Of a stretch of 64,000 nucleotides of DNA, positions 37,516-47,419 are shown piece after piece. Source of the DNA: Candidatus Micrarchaeota archaeon (GTDB lineage Archaea; Micrarchaeota; Micrarchaeia; Micrarchaeales; CABMGC01); NCBI GenBank assembly GCA_021801225.1, contig JAJYYF010000019.1:5494-69493 (forward strand). The letters are read 5' to 3'. A program made the position numbers and the translations under genes. Below the pieces are notes generated by a model. That model worked only from the letters and a program-made list of their open reading frames with translations. It made no database searches and was not told where the DNA came from. How positions within the stretch are numbered: position 1 is the stretch's first letter; each line of letters starts with the position of its first letter.

Positions 37516-38751
37516 ATGAGCACAATTATTCCCATAACTACAGTCAGTAGCGGATTAAGTTTGTTCATGCCTTTATTTATTCTATATCTAGGTGGAAATG
37601 TATTAGATGTCGGCATTGCCTTTGCAGTTTATAACCTTGTTAGTATACCTTCATCATTGTTCTGGGGCAAGATAACTGATAGATATGGGAGAGTTAAACC
37701 TTTTATAATGCTCTCAGTAATTTTTACACTGCCTTTGTTATTTGCTTATCATTTATTTTCTAGCTTAACTAACGCGTACTTCTTTTATGGAATATTTGCA
37801 ATTATAGCTACTGCTTCTTCTCCTGCCATAAACATATTAATTATGGGAACTAAACGAAGCAAGACGCTACCTAAGTACTTTAGCAGGTACAGTATATTCA
37901 GCTTGTTAGGTTCGATACTAGCCTATATTTTTGGATATTTTGTAGCCACACAAGATTTAACCACATATTTATTCATATTAATCTTTTTCAATGTAGCATC
38001 GATATTTTTAGCTTACGCCCTTATAAAAGACCAAGTTCGGTTAATAGAAATGAAGAAAGTTAAGAACGTAGGAAAGGTCTTCCCTATTTTGAATATGCTT
38101 ACTAATTTACCAAATCTTAGTATAAATATAGAAACCATAAAAAGAATACGTAATACTATAAAAAATATACAGAAACACGATGTATATATGCTGCTAATAG
38201 CTATAGCATTTTTCAATTTAGGTTTTTACATATTTAATACAGCATACGTTCCTTACTTAAATACAAACGGTTTGAGTTTTAGTAACATTTTTTTAATAAA
38301 TCTTGCTAATGCAATTGCACAGATACTTGTATTTTTATATATAATAAAAATTAGAAAAGGAATAAAACCAAGTAGATTTTACATAACTGGAATAACGTAT
38401 AGAAGTATAAGTTATATTGTTGCTGCCATTGCTATTTTTATTCCTGTATTTTTTCTATCTTTGAATATAATTGCATATTTCATAGCAGGTTTTTCTTATG
38501 CAATCTGGAATCTTTCTTCTTCAATAATTCTTTATGAACTTGTACGTGGAAAAGATGAAGGTTACTTCATAGGCATTTGGACTAGTTTATTAGGGGGCTC
38601 TGCTGTTGTTGGAGCTTTAATATCCGGTTTATTTGTAATTTCAGTTGGGTATCAAATGACATTTATTATCGCAGTAACTGCAACAATTTTTTCAGGAGTT
38701 GTATTTCAAGGTAGTAAACTCAAAGTAAATAAATCCTCTAAAAAGGAATAG
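37516..38751 (+). CDS. MFS transporter
   Basis: About 12 TM helices and the TM2-3 loop motif GKITDRYGR. Confidence 0.75.
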   Translation: MSTIIPITTVSSGLSLFMPLFILYLGGNVLDVGIAFAVYNLVSIPSSLFWGKITDRYGRVKPFIMLSVIFTLPLLFAYHLFSSLTNAYFFYGIFAIIATASSPAINILIMGTKRSKTLPKYFSRYSIFSLLGSILAYIFGYFVATQDLTTYLFILIFFNVASIFLAYALIKDQVRLIEMKKVKNVGKVFPILNMLTNLPNLSINIETIKRIRNTIKNIQKHDVYMLLIAIAFFNLGFYIFNTAYVPYLNTNGLSFSNIFLINLANAIAQILVFLYIIKIRKGIKPSRFYITGITYRSISYIVAAIAIFIPVFFLSLNIIAYFIAGFSYAIWNLSSSIILYELVRGKDEGYFIGIWTSLLGGSAVVGALISGLFVISVGYQMTFIIAVTATIFSGVVFQGSKLKVNKSSKKE

Positions 38752-38785
38752 ATATGTTACCTACTAAATTAATAGTGATGAGTTT

Positions 38786-39640
38786 ATGATAATAGACGGA
38801 CATGCACATTTTTTTAATAAAAAAACATTTGGAAATAACTTTCCAAAAAACTTTAAGATGAATGAATCAATGAAAAAAATGGCAAGTACAATTGACCATA
38901 CAATAGAAGAAAATAAAGATGCTTGGATAAAAGCAATGGACAAAGAAGGTATAGAAAAAACAGTTTTTATGTCAACATCAACATTAAATCAGGAGTTTAC
39001 TTCATTTATAAACTCAAACGAACGTTTTATTGGCTTTGCAACTTTAAATCCAGAGCTTAAAGATGCAGTAGAAATTCTAAAGAAGGAATTAGAAAATGGG
39101 ATGAGCGGCGTAAAGTTATACGCAACAAACGGGCAGTATAATATAGGTTCAGATAAAACCTTTCCTTTTTATGAATATTGTGAAAATAATCAAATACCAA
39201 TAACTATACATTCCGGAGTAACTATAGGCCCAACAGCAGATCTATTTACTGGAAATCCCATACACATATCAAGAGTTCTTAGCGCATTTCCTGAGTTAAA
39301 TGTAATAATGGCACATTTTGGGGCTGGTTATTTTAGAGAAGTTTTGATGCTAAAATATAAAAGGGAAAATCTTTATGTTGAAACTTCAGGAACTAACAAC
39401 TGGTTACCCTTTCAAGATAACTTTCTTACCTTAAAGGATGTATTTAAAAAATCAATAGATATTTTTGGTCCAGATAAAATTATTTTCGGAACAGATACAA
39501 GAATATTCCCAGATGGTTATAGAACAGGAATTCTGAAAGAGCAACAAAAAATATTAGAAGAACTTAATGTTTCATCTAGTGATAAACAAAAAATAATGCA
39601 TGGAAATATGTCTAAATTAATAACTAAATCAAAGAAGTGA
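38786..39640 (+). CDS. Amidohydrolase-2 family metal-dependent hydrolase
   Basis: N-terminal IIDGHAHFF, internal HSG and AHFG histidines, and C-terminal FGTD. Confidence 0.6.
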   Translation: MIIDGHAHFFNKKTFGNNFPKNFKMNESMKKMASTIDHTIEENKDAWIKAMDKEGIEKTVFMSTSTLNQEFTSFINSNERFIGFATLNPELKDAVEILKKELENGMSGVKLYATNGQYNIGSDKTFPFYEYCENNQIPITIHSGVTIGPTADLFTGNPIHISRVLSAFPELNVIMAHFGAGYFREVLMLKYKRENLYVETSGTNNWLPFQDNFLTLKDVFKKSIDIFGPDKIIFGTDTRIFPDGYRTGILKEQQKILEELNVSSSDKQKIMHGNMSKLITKSKK

Positions 39641-39644
39641 GGAT

Positions 39645-39938
39645 ATATCATTTAAAAAGACTATAGAGGACTTTATTTGTTATAACTGCGGTATTAAGGT
39701 AAAGGGCAATGGTTATACTGATCACTGTCCTAACTGCTTATACGGTAAACATGTTGATAACGATCCTGGTGATAGAAAAAATATGTGTCTAGGGGTTTTA
39801 AAACCAATATCTACTGTTTATAAAAATAACAACATTATAATTTTTTATAAATGCCAAAAATGCAATGAAGTTAAAAATTTTAAAGCTGCTAAGGAAGACA
39901 ATCAAAAAGTACTGGAATCACTTTTAGGTAATAAATAA
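39645..39938 (+). CDS. RNHCP-domain zinc-ribbon protein with no canonical start codon (putative ATA start; absent from the ORF track)
   Basis: Translates to (I/M)SFKKTIEDFICYNCGIKVKGNGYTDHCPNCLYGKHVDNDPGDRKNMCLGVLKP...CQKC. The frame is open from 39624-39938 with no ATG, GTG or TTG before the Cys cluster. Confidence 0.6.
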   Translation: MSFKKTIEDFICYNCGIKVKGNGYTDHCPNCLYGKHVDNDPGDRKNMCLGVLKPISTVYKNNNIIIFYKCQKCNEVKNFKAAKEDNQKVLESLLGNK

Positions 39939-39983
39939 TCTAGTGATTAGAAAGGTTTAAATTAATCTATTTAATAAAATATA

Positions 39984-40463
39984 ATGATTTTTGTGGAACT
40001 TAATGAAGCAGAACTTATACAGAGAGAACTAACTATTCGTGACCTTAGAGTCAGTAAGGAAGTTCTACAGACAAAACGAGCAGCAGCAAGATGGCTTGCA
40101 TTAACATTAGGCATAATAAATCCTGGTGAATCAAGATTAAGTGCTGTAGCTGTTCTAGATTCTATGGTATATTTTCAATTCATTAAAAAACAAGATCCTA
40201 CAGTAAAGGAAATGACAGATTACATTAATCAATATTGGGAGCCAATAAACGAAAAAACACTAAGATATCATTTATTACGCATGAAAAGGATGGGCTATAT
40301 AGATAATGAACAAAGCAAGTTTTATTTTAGACCACCAAGTACTGGTGATCGTTTTGATCCACATATCTGGAGTAATGTAATGTTTGATTTCTTCTATAAG
40401 GAGATTTCTAAAAAAATAGGAGATGTAATAAACGATCTTAAGGCCAAAGAAAATATGATGTGA
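39984..40463 (+). CDS. Hypothetical protein, possible winged-helix regulator
   Basis: wHTH-like segment TLRYHLLRMKRMGYID. It sits directly upstream of the secreted CARDB-like protein. Confidence 0.4.
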   Translation: MIFVELNEAELIQRELTIRDLRVSKEVLQTKRAAARWLALTLGIINPGESRLSAVAVLDSMVYFQFIKKQDPTVKEMTDYINQYWEPINEKTLRYHLLRMKRMGYIDNEQSKFYFRPPSTGDRFDPHIWSNVMFDFFYKEISKKIGDVINDLKAKENMM

Positions 40464-40469
40464 GTTAAT

Positions 40470-42089
40470 ATGAAGACAAATACAATTTGGATAATTGCCG
40501 GAATAATTATTGCTATTTTATTAATAGTAATGTTTTATTATAATTTTGTAAAGCAACCACAACCAATATCGGTGAATATTAAATTAAATTCTGAAAACAC
40601 AACAATTTATCCTTATCAATTAATATATGCAACAGCAAACATAACGAATACAGGTAAGACCGATTTTAAAGCTGTACCTTTCGGTGTAATTTATAATGGA
40701 AGCCTGGTTGATATTTACAATATATCCTTACCTGCAGGAGAACACACCTTAATTAACTTTACCCAAGAACCAACAGCACCTGGAAATTATTCTCTAGAAG
40801 TAGTAGTAGATCCTAATCAAGGAAGTGGGACTATCTCTAACTCTTCTACAATAAAAACGAGTATCTACTTTAATGTTATTCCAGAAGAAAATCCAAAACC
40901 TGCTGAAATATTAAGTAATAATAATACCTATGAAAAGTTACAGTTTCAAGATGGAGAGTCTTATGTAGTTACGAGCTATTTGAATAAAGATTATGGTTTA
41001 AGCATATTTAGTGCTTCAGACATACCTTCAATTAATGCATTTTTAACTCCTATATTAAATTTAACATACTCATACATTAAAAATATTTATTCTGCAGAAG
41101 CAATTTACAAAAACAGTACAGTTTACTCGTTTTGGATTCAAGGACCATTAACACAAAACTTGTTCTATCAAGCAGCAAAAGGAGCTAATTTAACAGTAAT
41201 TAACAAAACCACAAAACAAAACTATAACGTTGTATATATACAAGTGGATAAAAATACAACAATGTGCAGTTGGTATCAAGGTGGCTGGACAAAGTCCCTG
41301 GCTGTAATGGGAATACAAAACTGCGGTTCATTCATTAATGAAAGTACTTATAACAATACACCTAAGTTACAAAATGCGAATGTTTTACCATATTTAGGAA
41401 GTAATGATATGCTTGAAAATATAACATTCAAATCAATTCCAGGAAACGGATATGGAAAATTATTCGTCATTAATCAATCTTTTGTTTTTGAATCTGAATT
41501 ACCTAATTTGGGCGGAAATCCAGTATGTTACGGCTTAATAAATGTAGTAAATAACGTAAGTTATTGTAGTACTTATATATTTAAAAATAATAACAATACA
41601 ATAGGTCCAATTTCTTTGATTGATACTAAAGCGTATATAAGCAATTATAATCTTTCAGTAATTTCATTGATAAACACTACATATGCATTAGAACAAACAA
41701 ATAGAAATATACAAATTTTAAAAAATATAAATTATAATGGAGTTTCAGAGAACTTCTCTTCTGGAATAACAAACAACTGTATATTCAATGCTAGTATCTC
41801 GTGTAATAACCCAACATTCGGAGTAAATGGTTTAACAATGCAACTTAGGGATTTAACAAATCAAACATTTAAACTAAATAAAATCGCCTGCTATAATTTA
41901 GGAACTCCTACGTTTACAGTAGTTAATAAAACACTCGGTAGTGGTATAACATCAAATGTAACAATACCATGTTATGAAAATGGAAATACAATAACTGGAG
42001 TTGCACTGGGCCTTTACGTTAATATGATAATGAACTACACAACACTTAACAAAAGTTATACTGCAATCGGGAAAGCAGAGATAGTTTGA
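40470..42089 (+). CDS. Secreted or membrane-anchored glycoprotein with an N-terminal CARDB-like domain
   Basis: N-terminal TM. CARDB-like ANITNTGKTDF...LPAGEHTLINFT...PGNYSLEVVVDPN. Numerous sequons. Confidence 0.55.
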   Translation: MKTNTIWIIAGIIIAILLIVMFYYNFVKQPQPISVNIKLNSENTTIYPYQLIYATANITNTGKTDFKAVPFGVIYNGSLVDIYNISLPAGEHTLINFTQEPTAPGNYSLEVVVDPNQGSGTISNSSTIKTSIYFNVIPEENPKPAEILSNNNTYEKLQFQDGESYVVTSYLNKDYGLSIFSASDIPSINAFLTPILNLTYSYIKNIYSAEAIYKNSTVYSFWIQGPLTQNLFYQAAKGANLTVINKTTKQNYNVVYIQVDKNTTMCSWYQGGWTKSLAVMGIQNCGSFINESTYNNTPKLQNANVLPYLGSNDMLENITFKSIPGNGYGKLFVINQSFVFESELPNLGGNPVCYGLINVVNNVSYCSTYIFKNNNNTIGPISLIDTKAYISNYNLSVISLINTTYALEQTNRNIQILKNINYNGVSENFSSGITNNCIFNASISCNNPTFGVNGLTMQLRDLTNQTFKLNKIACYNLGTPTFTVVNKTLGSGITSNVTIPCYENGNTITGVALGLYVNMIMNYTTLNKSYTAIGKAEIV

Positions 42090-42093
42090 TTAA

Positions 42094-44838
42094 ATGAATG
42101 ATGTTTACTCTTTCTTTTTAGAGAAAGTAGGCACATTAACAGAAATTCAAGAACGTTCTATTAAAGAGATTGAAAATAACAATAACTGTTTAATTGTTGC
42201 ACCGACAGGGAGTGGTAAAACAGAAGCTGCTCTTTTACCTATTTTAAATAAAATACAAAAAGAAAAAATTCAAGGCATTTCTGCAATATATATAACACCA
42301 TTAAGGTCACTTAATAGGGACCTTATGAAAAGAATAGAAGTTATTTGTAATCACTTCCAAATAAAAGTCGGAGTAAGGCATGGCGATACAAGTAAAACTG
42401 AAAGAGAAAAGCAGGCAAGAGAACCGCCTAATATAATTATAACAACACCAGAAAGTATGCAAAGCATGCTTTTATCATATAGATTAAGAGACGCATTAAA
42501 AAACTTAAAGTATGTTATTGTAGATGAGGTTCACGAATTGTACTATAATAAAAGAGGCGCTCAGTTGGCAGTTGCTCTTGAAAGATATAAGGAGATTTCT
42601 GATAATTTCTTAAGAATAGGAATATCTGCAACTATAGGAAACTATGAAGAAGCCGCAAAGTTCCTTTTTAATAATGCAGATCATAAAATAATTGCCTCAG
42701 ATGTTGAAAAAAAATTATCTATAAAAATAGTACTTCCTGAGGTACCATTACGAAAATATGAAGAGTTTAAGTCATCATTCAATCTAGATAATAAAGGAAT
42801 GGCACGTTTAGAAACAATAGAAGACATAATTAAAAAAAATAATGCAACTTTAGTCTTTGCAAACACTAGGCAAACTGTAGAATCATTAGGTAGCAGAATA
42901 ATATATTTAAGTAGATTAGAAAATTTTTATTGTGTGGGTGTACATCACAGTTCTTTAGATAAAAACGAAAGAATAGAAATTGAAAATAATTTTAAAGAGG
43001 GCAAATTAAAATCGATAATAGCAACAAGTTCTCTTGAATTAGGTATAGACATAGGGAATATAGATATGGTTGTACAGTATGGCTCACCAAGACAATCAAC
43101 AAGACTTTTACAGAGAGTTGGAAGAAGTGGGCATAAAATAGGCCTTGTCTCTAATGGCATTATAATAGCTTCAGGGCCTTTAGAAGCAATGGAATCTTTA
43201 GCTGTCGTTATAAATTCTAAAAATAAAAAAATTGAAAAACATAGCATTGAAAATTCCCCTTTGGATGTTTTAGCTAATCAGATAACCGGAATAGTTTTAG
43301 AATACAAAAAAATAGAGATTAAAAAGATTTTTAATATAATAAAAAGATCCTCAGTATTTGTTAATCTTGATTTTGATGTTTTTAATGAAGTACTATTATT
43401 TATGGCAGAAATTAAAACTATTTCTATAGATGGTCAAGTAGCTACAACAGGAGTAAGAACAAGAAACTACTTCATAAATAATATCAGCGTTATACCAGAC
43501 ACGCCAAGATTCATAGTAAAACAAATATCTACAAATAAAATAATATCTACATTAGATGAAAAGTTTGTATATAGTAATATAGAAGAGGGTTACTCATTCA
43601 TAACAAAAGGAATACCTTGGAAAGTAATTAAGATAGAAAATAATATAATATTTGTAGAAAAAAGTGATGAGTTAGAAGCCGCAATACCTGATTGGATAGG
43701 GGAAGATCTACCTGTTTCTGTAGAAATAGCAAATCAAACCGTCTCACTATTTAAAAATATACAAGATGGGAAAAACATATTAGAAAAAGATTGCCAAATT
43801 AGAGTTGAAGAATTTATTAAGAAACAGAGTAATTTTTTTATTCCTGAACTAGAAAATATTTTTATTGAGGAGTTAGAGGATTATTCTATATTATATATTT
43901 ATTTAGGAACATTAGCCAATGGATTCTTTGCAAGAGGAATTGCACAGATAATTAAAAATGAAGGTATAGATGCTTCGGTAAAAGCAACTGCATACTCAAT
44001 AATAATAGACTATAAATTTTCAACAAAAAAACCTGATTTGCAAAATATAATTAAAAAATTGATGAATTATAAAGCAAATGAACAAGTTTTATCAGAATCA
44101 GATTTATTTAGATACAAATTTGTACAAGTTTCAAAACTTTTTGGAATTGTTGATAAGAAAGCTACATTAACAAAAAACGTTACAAAAAAATTAATTGAGT
44201 TTTATAAAAAAACCGTGATTTACAAAGAAACTCTGAGAGACCTCGAAAAAAATTATATAGATTTTCCAACAGTTACTTCATTTATTAAAAAATATGAAAA
44301 TAAAGAAATAAAAATAGGATTTGTAAGTAGCGGTTCGCCTTTATCAAAAGAAATTTTACTTTCTGGTTTAGGATACGGGGAAATAACTGCAATAGTAAAT
44401 CCGGGAGATGAAGAAATAGAAATGTTCATAAAAAGATTTCAGAATAAAGATTATAGTTTTGTTTGTACTTATTGCGGAATGGTCTTCTCAAAAAAACTAG
44501 CAGATGATATTAAAGGTGAAGAAATACTCTGTATTAGATGTAAAAGTCCAATGATAGCTACAGGTAAAGACAAATATATAGATATTTTAAATAAAAAAAT
44601 CTCTGGTAAAAAACTTAACAAAAATGAAATTAGTATCTATGATGAAGCTATAAAGGAAACTGGTCTGATTAGTACTTATTCTTGGAGAGCTGTCATTGCA
44701 TTGAATACATATGGGATAGGGATAGCAACCTCTGGAAGAATACTTAAAATGAGCAGGACAACTAAGGAAAGATTTATTTCTGATATACTCAATGCTCAGA
44801 AAATATTCGTTAAGAATAGTAGATTCTGGAAGAAATAA
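42094..44838 (+). CDS. lhr: Lhr-type large SF2 ATP-dependent helicase
   Basis: Q-motif region LTEIQ, Walker A APTGSGKT, DEVH box, SAT, motif VI QRVGRSGH, a long C-terminal domain, and the Zn ribbon CTYCG...CIRCKSP. Confidence 0.8.
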   Translation: MNDVYSFFLEKVGTLTEIQERSIKEIENNNNCLIVAPTGSGKTEAALLPILNKIQKEKIQGISAIYITPLRSLNRDLMKRIEVICNHFQIKVGVRHGDTSKTEREKQAREPPNIIITTPESMQSMLLSYRLRDALKNLKYVIVDEVHELYYNKRGAQLAVALERYKEISDNFLRIGISATIGNYEEAAKFLFNNADHKIIASDVEKKLSIKIVLPEVPLRKYEEFKSSFNLDNKGMARLETIEDIIKKNNATLVFANTRQTVESLGSRIIYLSRLENFYCVGVHHSSLDKNERIEIENNFKEGKLKSIIATSSLELGIDIGNIDMVVQYGSPRQSTRLLQRVGRSGHKIGLVSNGIIIASGPLEAMESLAVVINSKNKKIEKHSIENSPLDVLANQITGIVLEYKKIEIKKIFNIIKRSSVFVNLDFDVFNEVLLFMAEIKTISIDGQVATTGVRTRNYFINNISVIPDTPRFIVKQISTNKIISTLDEKFVYSNIEEGYSFITKGIPWKVIKIENNIIFVEKSDELEAAIPDWIGEDLPVSVEIANQTVSLFKNIQDGKNILEKDCQIRVEEFIKKQSNFFIPELENIFIEELEDYSILYIYLGTLANGFFARGIAQIIKNEGIDASVKATAYSIIIDYKFSTKKPDLQNIIKKLMNYKANEQVLSESDLFRYKFVQVSKLFGIVDKKATLTKNVTKKLIEFYKKTVIYKETLRDLEKNYIDFPTVTSFIKKYENKEIKIGFVSSGSPLSKEILLSGLGYGEITAIVNPGDEEIEMFIKRFQNKDYSFVCTYCGMVFSKKLADDIKGEEILCIRCKSPMIATGKDKYIDILNKKISGKKLNKNEISIYDEAIKETGLISTYSWRAVIALNTYGIGIATSGRILKMSRTTKERFISDILNAQKIFVKNSRFWKK

Positions 44839-44852
44839 TTACTTATTATATG

Positions 44853-47411
44853 TTATTTATCAATATCTTCTCGTTGGTCTTCTTCTGGACTATCCTCTGT
44901 ATCATCTTGTTTGTCTAAATCCGAATCTTGTTCAATCTCTAACTGCTCTGCTGCGTTTTTTTCCTGTTGGTTTTGTTTTTGTATTTCGTTTATTGATTCT
45001 GTAGAACTTTGCTCTTGTCCTGCGAGTATTCTTGCATCAGAGACAACAGAAGAATCATCTAAACGCATCAATCTCACGCCACTTGCAGCTCTTCCAGTTA
45101 CTCTTATTGAAGAAACAGGTATTGTAATTGTAATTCCAGTAGAACTGATCATTATAAGATTTTCATTGCCCTTTACAAATAATGCTTTTATGACGCTTCC
45201 TGTTTTATCATTGACCTTTAGATTTATTACACCTGAACCTGATCTGCTTTGCATTCTATATAATGCAATATCTGTTATTTTTCCATAACCTTTTTCAGTA
45301 ATTGTTAAAACACTTCCTGAATCGTTTGCAGCAATTATGTTCATGGCTTCATCATTTTTAAGTTTAATACCTCTAACTCCCATTGAACCTCTGCCAGTAA
45401 GTCTTAATGTACTCTGATTAAACTTTATTGATTTTCCATTCTTTGTTGCTATTAACAAATATTTTTCATCTTTGAAAATTATCGAAGCTGCAATTTTGTC
45501 ATCGTCATTAAGTGTTATTGCACGTATTCCTGATGAACGTGGTTTAGAGAATAACATTGCGTCTGTTTTCTTGACTAAGCCTTTTGCTGTAAGAAAAACT
45601 ATTTTTGAATTAGCAAACTCGTTTGTGTTTAACATACTCACTACTTTTTCATTAGTTAAATTAAGTAGGTTTACTATTGCTTTGCCTTCCGCATATCTGC
45701 CAGACTCAGGAACTACATACGCCTTAAGCCAGTATGCTCTTCCAGCATCAGTTATGAATAATATGTAATCTTTGTTATTGCATGTAAGTATTTTACTTAC
45801 GAAATCTCCTTCTTTGAGATTTATTGATATTATTCCCCTACCTCCGCGTGCTTGCTCTCTGTAAGTTACTAAAGGAAGTCGTTTTACATATCCTTCTTTT
45901 GTTAATATTATACTTACTTTTTCATTGCTTATCATATCTTCGTCTTTAATGTTTAGAGGCTCGTCTGATTGGATTATTTCTGTCCTTCTTTCTCTTCCAA
46001 ATTTCTTTTTGAGTTCTTCCATATCTGCAATTATTATTGCTTCTTGTTTTTCCTTACTTTCTATTATGCTTTTGTAGTTTAATATCTTTGTTTGTAGTTC
46101 TGCCTTTTCTTTCAGTAATGATGCACCTTCTAAATGAGTTAATCTGCTTAACTTCATATCTAATATTGCATTTGATTGCTTTTCTGATAAAGAAAATTGT
46201 TCCATAAGGTTTTTTCTTGCATCTGCAAGTTCTTCACTTTTCTTTATAGTTTTAATTATTTCATCTATATTTCCAATTGCTATAACAAGTCCTTCTACAA
46301 TGTGTAATCTGTCTGTAGCAATTCCTAATTCGTAAATACTTCTCTTTAATATTATCTCTAATCTGTGCGTTATATATACATCAATTAAATTAAGTACGTT
46401 CAAGCTCTTCAAGCTAGTTCCTACAACAGCTAAGTTAATTATAGGAAATGTTATTTGTAATTGAGTATGGGTATACAATTGATTTAATATTTGATTAGGG
46501 TCTTCTCCGTTCTTAAGTTCTATTACAACACTCATCCCAGTTCTTCCTGTTTCATCTCTTATATCTCTTATACCGGTTATTTTTTTATCGTGTACAAGAT
46601 TAGCTACGGTGTGTATTAAACTAGCTTTGTTTACGTTGTATGGAAACTCGTTTATAATTAATCTATTCTTTTTAGTGTCAATATCTACCTTGCCTCTTAT
46701 TGTTAACTGACCTCTGCCTGTTCTATAACCATTGTAAGAATTTAATGACATTATTGCTATTCCTCCAGTAGGGAAATCAGGTCCTTTTATTATTTTTAGG
46801 ATGTCATCAACGCTAGCTTCTTTGTTTTTAAGCTTGAAAATTATTGCATCGCAAACTTCGTTTAAGTTATGTGAAGGCATACTTGTTGCTACACCAACTG
46901 CAATACCAGAAGCTCCATTAATTAATAAGTTAGGTACTTTTCCAGGGAGTACACTTGGTTCTTTTTCAGTGTTATCGAAGTTTGGTACCATCTGTACTGT
47001 ATTTTTATCCAAATCTTCAAGAGTCTCCTCTGCAAGTTTTGTTAACCTTACTTCAGTATAACGCATAGCTGCTGGAGGATCTCCATCCACTGAACCCATA
47101 TTTCCTTGTCCTTCTACTAATATGTGATTCAATGAAAAATTCTGAGCCATTCTTACCATTGTATCATAAACCGCAATGTCTCCGTGAGGATGATACTTAC
47201 CTATTGTTTCTCCAACTACTCTTACGCTTTTTTTTGTAGGCTGATTGTGAGTGTTGTTTATTTTACTCATAGCGTAAAGTATTCTTCTTTGCGCTGGTTT
47301 TAAACCGTCTCTAGCATCGGGTATTGCTCTTCCGATTATTACACTCATAGCATAATCAATATAGCTTGATTGTAATTCGTCTTCAAGATTAACATTATTT
47401 ATTTTTGTCAT
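44853..47411 (-). CDS. gyrA: DNA gyrase subunit A
   Basis: DYAMSVIIGRAIPDARDGLKPAQRRILY, active-site region AAMRYTE, C-terminal beta-pinwheel repeats, and an acidic tail. I prefer the ATG at 47411 over the GTG at 47420. Confidence 0.95.
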   Translation of the reverse strand: MTKINNVNLEDELQSSYIDYAMSVIIGRAIPDARDGLKPAQRRILYAMSKINNTHNQPTKKSVRVVGETIGKYHPHGDIAVYDTMVRMAQNFSLNHILVEGQGNMGSVDGDPPAAMRYTEVRLTKLAEETLEDLDKNTVQMVPNFDNTEKEPSVLPGKVPNLLINGASGIAVGVATSMPSHNLNEVCDAIIFKLKNKEASVDDILKIIKGPDFPTGGIAIMSLNSYNGYRTGRGQLTIRGKVDIDTKKNRLIINEFPYNVNKASLIHTVANLVHDKKITGIRDIRDETGRTGMSVVIELKNGEDPNQILNQLYTHTQLQITFPIINLAVVGTSLKSLNVLNLIDVYITHRLEIILKRSIYELGIATDRLHIVEGLVIAIGNIDEIIKTIKKSEELADARKNLMEQFSLSEKQSNAILDMKLSRLTHLEGASLLKEKAELQTKILNYKSIIESKEKQEAIIIADMEELKKKFGRERRTEIIQSDEPLNIKDEDMISNEKVSIILTKEGYVKRLPLVTYREQARGGRGIISINLKEGDFVSKILTCNNKDYILFITDAGRAYWLKAYVVPESGRYAEGKAIVNLLNLTNEKVVSMLNTNEFANSKIVFLTAKGLVKKTDAMLFSKPRSSGIRAITLNDDDKIAASIIFKDEKYLLIATKNGKSIKFNQSTLRLTGRGSMGVRGIKLKNDEAMNIIAANDSGSVLTITEKGYGKITDIALYRMQSRSGSGVINLKVNDKTGSVIKALFVKGNENLIMISSTGITITIPVSSIRVTGRAASGVRLMRLDDSSVVSDARILAGQEQSSTESINEIQKQNQQEKNAAEQLEIEQDSDLDKQDDTEDSPEEDQREDIDK

Positions 47412-47419
47412 AAATACCA

